Positions 51,221 to 59,800 of a DNA stretch of 64,000 nucleotides are shown piece after piece. The notes under the pieces were generated by a model. The model was not told the origin of the DNA, searched no databases, and saw only the letters and a list, made by a program, of their open reading frames with translations. Position numbers and translations under genes: made by a program. The stretch lies in assembly GCA_965197585.1 (NCBI GenBank), contig OZ240215.1:256001-320000 (forward strand). The letters are read 5' to 3'. Source of the stretch: Dehalococcoidia bacterium. Lineage in GTDB: Bacteria > Chloroflexota > Dehalococcoidia > Plut-88900. Every line of letters begins with the position of its first letter. Position 1 is the first letter of the stretch.

Positions 51221-51428
51221 GCTGCCGAAGCGGAGTTGACGCTGGTCCTTCGCAGGCAGCGCGGGCCGAAACGACGGAGTTGGCTTAGCCCTTCGTCCTC
51301 GGTCCAGTCCGGCGGTTGGAGTGATAAGCCCTTCGCCCGTTGGACACCCGTCCGGTGGTTGGGAGTTGATCGCTTCCGTCGCTGGACACCGGTCTGGCGT
51401 TGGGAGTCGATCGCTCTCGCCGTTGGAT
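51221..51428 (+). repeat. Array of five ~42-nt hairpins with GGAGT(Y)GRY apex
   Basis: GGAGT at 51232, 51276, 51318, 51362, 51403; the stems covary. Confidence 0.8.
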
Positions 51429-51748
51429 TGCCGGGACGGAGCGCGCCCCTTGCGCCTCGTCTTCACTTGGTCGGTCGGAGTGCGCCTGCCTGTTGCAGAC
51501 AGGTTTGTCACCCCGGCTGGCTCCTCATGCTCTGCGGCATGGCTGACACGCAGCCGGGCCGCAGCTTCGACATGCGCCGGTCTGCCGATGAAAGCAGGCT
51601 GGCCGCTTCCCGTCTCGCAGCTTCCCCACTGACGGTATCCACCCTGGGCAAGCTGCGCCTTTCTCCCATGCGCTGGCCTCCGATGAAGTCGTAGAACAGC
51701 CGCTTCCCCCATAGCAGTTCCCCCGGAGTCGATTCCCCGACGAATCAC

Positions 51749-51773
51749 CCCCGTATCAAGTACGGGGCAGGCT
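51749..51773. repeat. Short REP-like palindrome nested in a longer hairpin
   Basis: CCCCGTA-TCAAG-TACGGGG-CAGGCT. Confidence 0.6.
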
Positions 51774-51919
51774 CTGGGGCGAGCTGCGTTTTCTTCACCC
51801 CCGCTCCGTCTCCCGCGTCCGGCATCCGACCGTGGGCGGAGTGCGTCCAGCGTCAACCCATCACCACCGACTCCCGCCGTGGATGCCGCGCGGGTGTCAA
51901 CAACCGAAAGGAGGCGTCT

Positions 51920-51949
51920 ATGCACGTCAACGAGGTCCATCGCCGCTGA
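51920..51949 (+). CDS. Putative 9-aa leader peptide MHVNEVHRR
   Basis: Perfect SD AAAGGAGG at 51907-51914, 5-nt spacer, followed by a terminator-like hairpin. Confidence 0.55.
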   Translation: MHVNEVHRR

Positions 51950-51988
51950 CGGCGGGGCCTCCGGCTCTCACCACACATCCCCATCCAC

Positions 51989-52027
51989 AAGGGTCGTCTC
52001 GTTCGTTCGAGGCGGCCCTTCTTCTTT
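51989..52027 (+). terminator. Terminator/attenuator hairpin before the 4xHTH gene
   Basis: 13-bp stem AAGGGTCGTCTCG/CGAGGCGGCCCTT, then CTTCTTT. Confidence 0.6.
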
Positions 52028-52084
52028 GCCCGCAGGCGGGCGCAGGCCAAAGGCAACACAACACAACAGAAGGAGGACGGACCG

Positions 52085-53212
52085 ATGACGACGGCAACAC
52101 AGACGACTGGCACTCGGACGACGGAGACGACGACGAGGACGGCGGAGAGCGAGCTGCGGGCGGCTGCGAGGCGGCGGGGGGTCACCATGAAGGAACTCGC
52201 GGCCATGATGGGCGTGAGTGCGGGCTACCTGTCGCAGTTTGCGAACGGGCGCAGGCCGTGGACGCCGAAGATGCGCCAGAAGGTTATGGCGGTCCTGGGA
52301 GAGGTTCCCGGCCAGGGGACCGTCTACCGACAGGGCGGCGTGGTGACCGGCGAGAGCAGCTTCATCCGGGAGCGCGCCCGCGAGATGGGATTGACCATGC
52401 GGGACCTGGCCGACCGCGCCGGGGTGTCCTACGGATACATGACCCACGTCGCCCGCGGCCACGGCAACATGGGCGTCAAGGTCCAGACCCGGATCGAGTC
52501 GGCGCTCAAGGCCCCGGCGAAGGTTGCCCCGGCGCAGTGCGCCAACCGCCCGGCGAGCGTGGTGAGCGGGCAGAGCAGCTACGTCCGGGAGCGCGCCCGC
52601 GCCCTGGGCATGACCATGCGGGAGCTGGCCGAGCGGGTCGGCGTGTCCGCCAGCTACATGTCAATGGTGTCCCGGGGCCGCAGCAACATGGGCGTGAGGG
52701 TCCAGGCGCTGGTCGAGGCGGCGCTGGAGGCCGAGGCGACGGTCGCGTCAGCGCAGCTTGCCTGCGTCGACGCGAAGGCCGTGTGGGACCGCATGGACGC
52801 TCACGGGTTCAGCCAGAACGAGGTCGCCCGGCGCGCCGGCATCAGCTCCTCGTACCTCTCCCTCATCATGAACGGCAAGTCCACTCCGTCGGCGGGCGTC
52901 CTGAAGAGGCTGCACGCCGTGCTGTTCAAGCACACGAAGTCGGAGGAGCAGGTCATGCCCGCCGAGGTGAAGGTGCTGGGCTGGCGGAAGGGCGAGCGGA
53001 GCGGCATGGTGGTGCACGGCGCGGGTGGGCCGGGGCGCAGCGGCAGGCTCGGCGGTCCCGCCGTCCGGGTCGGCGGCCGGGTGCCCTGGGGCGCGAAGGC
53101 GGAGTACGCCTACCGCGCCGGGTACGACGGCGCGGGCCGGGTGTCGATGACGCCCGTCCTGATGCCGGGCTACTCCGCCATGCTCAAGCAGCCGGAGCCG
53201 GCAGCGGCCTAG
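52085..53212 (+). CDS. Regulator with four tandem XRE HTH domains and an unrecognised C-terminal domain
   Basis: TMKELA/TMRDLA/TMRELA/SQNEVA + GVSxxY repeats; SD AAGGAGG. Confidence 0.85.
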   Translation: MTTATQTTGTRTTETTTRTAESELRAAARRRGVTMKELAAMMGVSAGYLSQFANGRRPWTPKMRQKVMAVLGEVPGQGTVYRQGGVVTGESSFIRERAREMGLTMRDLADRAGVSYGYMTHVARGHGNMGVKVQTRIESALKAPAKVAPAQCANRPASVVSGQSSYVRERARALGMTMRELAERVGVSASYMSMVSRGRSNMGVRVQALVEAALEAEATVASAQLACVDAKAVWDRMDAHGFSQNEVARRAGISSSYLSLIMNGKSTPSAGVLKRLHAVLFKHTKSEEQVMPAEVKVLGWRKGERSGMVVHGAGGPGRSGRLGGPAVRVGGRVPWGAKAEYAYRAGYDGAGRVSMTPVLMPGYSAMLKQPEPAAA

Positions 53213-53288
53213 AGACCTACGGGGGAAGGACACCGAATTGCGGTGTCCTTCCCCCGGCACGCCAATGTATGCTGCCTTTTTTTGCGTT

Positions 53289-53687
53289 TCAGCCCCTGCG
53301 GTCGCGGCCGCCCCGCCGATGCGCCGCCTTTCGCTCTGGGCTCTTGCATCGCGGCGGCGCCGCCGGTCTGAGGACCCTGGCGGAACTGCGCTCGCCCCCG
53401 GCGGAGCCGGGCGTCCCATTCCCCGTTTCCCGCCGGATGCTCCAGTCGGTGAACAGATGGCCCAGGCCCAGGTCGTCGGCCAGGTCCAGCAGCGCCATCT
53501 GGTGCCGGAAATGGGGCCGCACCCCCTCCTTCCACCACCGCTTCACGGTGTGGGGATAGGTCCCGAGACGGCGGGCGATCTCCGCCCACGGCAGGTCCGA
53601 CTCCTCCTTGAAGCGCACCAGGCGCTGCGGGAAGTCGTCGGGGAAGACGTAGGTCCTTCTGCTGTGATGTGTCCGCTGTCTCGGCAT
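53289..53687 (-). CDS. XRE-like HTH regulator (paralog of 5427-5759)
   Basis: FPDDFPQRLVRFKEESDLPWAEIARRLGTYPHTVKRW. Confidence 0.75.
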   Translation of the reverse strand: MPRQRTHHSRRTYVFPDDFPQRLVRFKEESDLPWAEIARRLGTYPHTVKRWWKEGVRPHFRHQMALLDLADDLGLGHLFTDWSIRRETGNGTPGSAGGERSSARVLRPAAPPRCKSPERKAAHRRGGRDRRG

Positions 53688-53852
53688 GGACGCCGGTCCT
53701 TCCGCAGGAACCCCATCGGGGTCCTTTCCGGCGGGAGCGCCCATGCCGTCCCGTATCCGGTCCGCGGGGCGGAACGAGAATCGCACGCTTCCGCCGCCTG
53801 TCTGCCCCCGATACCTGGGACAATCCGTTGCGAGCGGTACACTGCCCCGGCC

Positions 53853-56800
53853 CTAAGGCGTCGGGTTGACGTAGTTGGACCAGCCGCTCAGGCCCGCCGC
53901 ATTGATGGCCTTCACCCGGTACACGTGCTTGACCCCCGCGGTGACGCCGGTGTCGGTGAAGGTCGTCGCCGTGCTCTCGGTGTCCGCCACGTACACCAGC
54001 AGGGCGCTCTCGCCCTCACTGGGGCGACGCCGCAGGACCTGGTAGCCCGTGATCGAGTCGTCATTGGGGGCCGTCCAGCTCAGCACGATGTGCCCGTCCG
54101 CGTTGACCGTCGCCGTCAGGCTCGTGGGCGCGGGCGGAGGGCTTTCGGGCGTCTGCTGGTCGTCTCCGGCCTCTTCCTGCTCCTCTTCCTCCGGCCCGGG
54201 GAGGGTGACCTGCACCCCTCCGGACAGCGTTGTCCCGCCCTCCGTGCAGATTCCGCCCGAACCGCACGCCTGGCCGGTCACGAGGCTGAACACGATGTCG
54301 TCGGAGCCGTCGGGGTCCAGGAAGAAGATCCAGGCGTTCTCCAGCCCGTCCTCCTCGTGCTGTCTCACGCTCCTCACCGCGGCGCCGGTCAACGACAGCG
54401 AGGGCGTCGTCTTCTCGAACGATGCCACCGCCATGCTGAAGGTGACTATCACCTGGGGCCGGTCGTCTGCGCCATTGTGGCGAGCCGATTGGAACCGGCT
54501 GTCCGGCCGTGATGCCGTGAGCGGCACCGGCGCCGCCGTCACCTCGGCAGTCGCCGCGCTGGTCAGGGTCTCCTCGTTATCGGCGTCGTCGGTGAAGGTG
54601 ACCCGCACCTGGATGGTCTTTCCCTGCTCGCTGGCGGTCAGGGTGTAGGTGGAGCCGGTGGCCCCGCCGATGTCCGACCCCCCTGCGATCCACTGGTAGC
54701 TGTAGGAGACGCTAGTCAGTCCGTCCTGGTCGGCAATGTTCGACGTATCCACCGTAAGGGTCTCTTCCACCTGGGGCGTCCCGCCGATGGTGGGCTTGCC
54801 CGTGGCCTCTCGGTTGGGCGCCGCCGTAACGGCCACGGTAGCCGCACTGGTCAGGGTCTCCTCGTTATCGGCGTCGTCGGTGAAGGTCACCCGTACCTGG
54901 ATGGTCTGTCCCTGCTCGCTGGCGGTGAGCGTGTAAGTCGAGCCGGTGGCCCCCGCGATGTCCGACCCTCCGGCCAACCACTGGTAGCTGTAGGAAACGT
55001 TGGTCAGGCCGTCCTCGTCTGTGATCGAGGACGTGTCCGCGGTGAGGGTCTGCTCAACCTGGGGAGTGCCGCTGATCGTGGGCGCGCCTGCGGCTGACGT
55101 GTTGGTGGGCGGCGCCTCGGCGGGCCCCGTTACGGTCGCAGTGGGACTGTTGGTCAGCTGCCGCGGGCTGTCTTCCCTGGTGCAGATTGCTCCTGTGGTG
55201 GTGCAGGACCGGTTGGCGGGGAGGGTGATGCCAACGTCGCTATTGTCGTCGGGTTCGACGGTGATCTCCCAAAGGTCGTTGCGTCCGTCGACTCTGCGTG
55301 CCCCGGTGACGTCGCCTTCAGAGAGGCTGAAAGCATCGTCGCGCATGTTCACGTAGCTGACGCCGACATCTTCACTGAAGAGGACGCGGAAGGTGAAGGC
55401 TGTGGAGCCGTCGTGGCTGTCGGGCAGGCCCTGGAATGCGGCCGTGAGGAGCGCCTGAGCCGCCGCCGCCACCGCCTCAGTGGCCTCGCTGGTCAGGGAT
55501 TCCTGGTTGTCCGCATCGTCGGTGAAGCTCACCTGCACCTGGAAGGTGTAGCCCTCGTCCGTCGGGGCGAGTGTGTAGGTCGAGCTCGTCTCTCCCAGTA
55601 ATACAAGGATGACGCCCGACTTGCTGGCTAACCACTGGTATCTGAAGACGGCGTTCTCCAGCCCGTCCTCGTCGTCAATGGCCGACGTGTCCGCCGTCAG
55701 CGTCTGGCCCACCTGCGGCGTGCCCGTGATGGCGGGCAGGCCCGTCGGCTCGGAATTCGGCCTGGCCGCCACGATCACCGTACTGCGGCTGGTCAGGGAC
55801 TCGGTGGTACCGCGGTCGTCGGTGAAGGAGACCCTGACCGCGAAGGTCCGTCCCTTGTCGGCTGGGGCCAGTGTGTAGGTCGAGCCGGTCTCTCCCGGCA
55901 TTTCGACGTTGATGTAGTAGCTGGTCCCGGTGTTTGCGTCGACGACCGACTGGTTGTGGAGCCACTGGTACTCGAAGGTTGCGTTGGTCAGCCCGTCGGC
56001 GTCATCGATGGCCGACGTGTCCGCCGTCAGCGTCTCGCCGACCTGGGGCGTCCCCGTGACGGCCGGAAGGCCCGTCGGCTCGGTGTTCGGCGGGGGCGCC
56101 ACGGCCACCGTGGCCTCGCTGGTCAATGTCTGCTCGTAGTCGGCGTCGTCGGTGAAAGTCACCCTGACCTGGAAGGTGGAGCCCTCGTCATCTGGGATAA
56201 GCGTGTAGGTCTGGCCCGTCTCTCCCGGTATTTCAATGCTGAGGATGTTGCTGGTTCCGGTTACGTCGTCGATGACCGTCTGGCTGGAAATCCACTGGTA
56301 GCGGTAGGCCACGCTGGTCAGCCCGTCGGGGTCGTCAATCGCCGAGGTGTCCGCCGTGAGCGTCTCGCCGACCCGGGGCGTGCCGTTGACGGAGGGAAGG
56401 CCCGTGGGCTCGGAATTCGGGGCGGCGGCCGCCACCGCCTCCGTGGCCGGGCTGGTCAGCGTCTCGCTGTACCCGCGGTCGTCGGTGAAGGAGACCTCCA
56501 CGTGGAAGGTGTGGCCCTCGTCCGCCGGGACAAGCTTGTAGGTCGAGTCCGTCTCTCCCGCATATTCATACGTGGTGGACGACTTCGTGGCGAACCACTG
56601 GTACCTGAAGACGGCGTTCTCCATCCCGTCGGCGTCCTCGATGGCCGAGGCGTCCACGGTCAGCGTCCGGCGCACCTGGGGCGTCCCGCCGATGGTGGGC
56701 TCCCCGGTTGCCAAGGTGTTTGGCGGGGGCGCCACCGCCTCCGTCGGCGCGCTGGTGCGGCTCTCCTGGTTGTGCGCATCGTCGGTGAAGGAGACCTTGA

Positions 56801-59800
56801 TCTTTATGGTCTTGCCTTCGTCCGCGAGACCCAGGGTGTACGTGGAGTCCGTCTGGTCCGCTATCTTGGAGTTATTCCGGATCCACTGGTACAGGTAGGT
56901 GTAGGACGCGTGGGTCAACCCGTCGGCGTCGGAGATACCCGACGTGTCAACGGTCAGGGTCTGGCCCACCTGGGGCGTCCCGCCGATGGTGGGACTGCCG
57001 GTGGCCCTGGTGTTGGCCGGGGTGGTCCTCACGTTGTAGGTGTCGCGCAGGATCAGCCATGCGGCGGCGGATGCGCCGTAGTCGTCGCCCGTGGCGACGT
57101 GCCGGAGGAGCACCCAGCGGTCGACGTAGTTGGCGTCCTCCGTGCTGGTGATCGTCACCGTCTGGGGCGTGTTCCAGTTGTCTGCGGTGAAGGTCAGGCT
57201 GGCGGGACTCACCGTCGCCCGGCCCGTCGGACGTTGGCCGATGGCCACGGTGACGTCGTCCGCCGGCTGGGACGCCAGCGCCACGGTGTATGTGCCGCTC
57301 TCGCCTTCATCGATCTTAAGGTCGGTCCGGCTCAGGGCCAGCCCCCCGTCGGGGCGGTCCACGTCGGCAAGGGTGGACCCGTTGGTCGCCGGCTGCCCGG
57401 TGAACGTGAGCAGATTATTGCCATATAGGTCCTCTAAGATGGACTCACCCGTCTCGACGAAGAGGTTGTCGTAGGACACGGCCACCGTCTGCCCCTGGGT
57501 GACCGGCTCCGCCATCGTCAAGGTGACCGTGTCTCCGGACACCGCGGCGTCGCTGCGCGCCGCCACTTCCCCGTCCACCCGGACGTCCAGCGCCAGGCTC
57601 TGGAGGAGGCTGGTCTGCACGCCGAAGGCTCTCAGGATGGCCGGGGACTTGATGCTCTCGTTGAAGGTGACCGCCACCTGCGCGCCGTCGGTCGAGACCT
57701 GGGCGCTGGCGAACTCGGGGCTGACCGCGTCCACCCGGTGGGCGGTGCTGCCGAGCCCAATGTGGTCCAGCACGGCGTCCCGACCCTCGGAGTCCCGTAT
57801 CCAGCTGTCCCGTACCCAGTTCTTGGTCCCGGTCTGGGTCTCGGTGACCTTTACATCCAACCTCAGGCTGCTGGGCGGGAGCAGCAGCGCGAAGGTTTCT
57901 TCGTCGCCCGGCACCACCGTGTATTCGAGGATGACCTTGTTGCCGTCGGTCCTCGCGTAGTGGGCCGTCCTGGTCTGGCCGCCCAGCTCCAGGTCCACCT
58001 CGGCGGCGTGCTTCTTTGAACTGTTGTAACTGACCGTCACGTCGTCGCTGAAGGCGACGGTCACCTGGATGGTGTCGCCAAGGCCGTAGACCCGGTCGGT
58101 GCCCGGGTTGGAGGTGAAATCGACGGACGTAACGGTGGTCGGAACGTATTGCCTCTGGCGAGTATCTCCGTCACCGCCTTCCCCGCCGGCCCTCGCCGTG
58201 GCGGGCTGTGGCGGGGCCAGCATGTGCGCGCTCATGGCGGCGTGGTTTGCCAGGTCCAGGTGTTTTCGTTGAAATTCCTTGTACGTGCGCTCCCATGTGA
58301 AGGTGACGTCGCGGCCTGATTGGGAGCGCGCGATGCCGTTGGCCGCTCTGAGCGGGAGCGTGTAGGTGGCTTCGCCCTTTCCTTTGCCGTCAACGTTGTA
58401 GATCCACCTGAGGAACAGCGTGTGGAAATCGTCGAACTGCCCTTCCCAATAGCCCTGCCAGGCCCGGGCGGCGGCCCCGGAGCCGTGGGTTCTGAATGTG
58501 GCCGTGATCCAGACCGGGTCCGTGTCTCCGGTCTTATCGGTCGTTACGTTCAGACGCCGCAGCTCCCACCCGTCTGCTGGGCCGAACTTGTCGGGTTCGT
58601 GGTCGTAGCTAAAGTGGGTCTTCCCGTAGACGATGTTGCCGTTATCATCTACTGAGGTGTATCTTCTTGATTTGAATTTCACCTCGCCTGCCCGCTCCTC
58701 TTCCCCAGCGGTCTGGCCAACCCGGTTCTGCACCTCGTCGTTGCGGATGGAGACCAATACCTGGTCCCCGGCGCTCCAGCCCGGAGCGTGGGTAAATTGC
58801 CATACCCACGGAGTAGTAGCATGCGCAAGCTGCGCGTCCGCGAAGGGCAGCTCCACACCACCGCCAAGCGTCAGCGTCCATCCGGCAACCTCGTCAGCGC
58901 TGGGGTAGGCATTTCGATCAAATGATATTTGCGTTTGGGTGGTAATGTCAGAGATCTGCTCAATCTCATACCCGATCCAGGGGTACCGGGGCTGGCCTGG
59001 AGTCCCGATTGTTACAGTTTCATCCCGCCCGGTCACGATCAGGTTGTTGGTTAAATCGCCGGCATGGCTCGCAGTAGCACGGTTGTATCCGACAAAAGCA
59101 GTGCTTCCTATTGTGTCCGTCGTCATCAGCGCCGTCCAGATGGTCCGGTAGCCGTAAGCGTTCGGCAGTGGGGGGCCGACGAGTTTCACTGAGACGGAGT
59201 CGTCCTCCGCCCAGGTCAGCCCGTGGTTGCTCCATGAGGAACGGGTGACGTTCCTGAAGAGGTCTATGCTTTGGTTGGCCTCGCTGAGGAGGAATCTCTG
59301 CCCACCGAGTTCCAGTGCGAGGTCTGGCTCGAATGTGGTTGGGAATAGCGGGGCAATTGTGAAGTTGAGGGAATCGATTGTGAGCGAGCCGGTGTCAATC
59401 TGTGCCCTGGCGAGGTTGACTACCGAGTACCTTGTTCCACGGTAAGTAAATTCGTTTGACCCAAGAGTTCCCGTGTCGGGATTGAAGCCGATTATTGTTA
59501 CGGTATTTCCCGAAACGGTCACTTGGGACCTACCCACCGTCATGGTCGTTGACAGGAAGGAGCGATCCCCGCCGGCGATGGTGTCGTACGTTGGGCAGTG
59601 TTCGGCCGGCGGGGCGGAGCACGTGACGGTGTAGCCGTCGCCGAACGTGAAGGGCACGAAGGGGCCCTCCGTCTCCGGCTCCGTGTCGTCGGTCGCAAAG
59701 GGCGACTTCGTGTTGGTCTCGGTGTACACCGCGATCTCCAGCGAGTTGCCTGTGATGATGTCATTCGTGTGCGGGGACAGGCTATCCAGGTCGGCTCCCA

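Larger units (their letters stand above)
51120..52030 (+). ncRNA. Putative long structured leader RNA with tandem hairpin array
   Basis: Near-continuous hairpins with G-U pairs on the + strand; no credible long ORF. Confidence 0.6.

Noticed and set aside
51221-51480. CRISPR or TIGR array
   Set aside because: No invariant repeat-spacer structure, irregular period, and no cas or Nop-domain gene in the window.
51020-53559. Long alternative ORFs (51020-51940 minus, 51832-53559 plus, 51236-51694 plus)
   Set aside because: Low-complexity GC-rich shadow frames with no SD or protein motifs.
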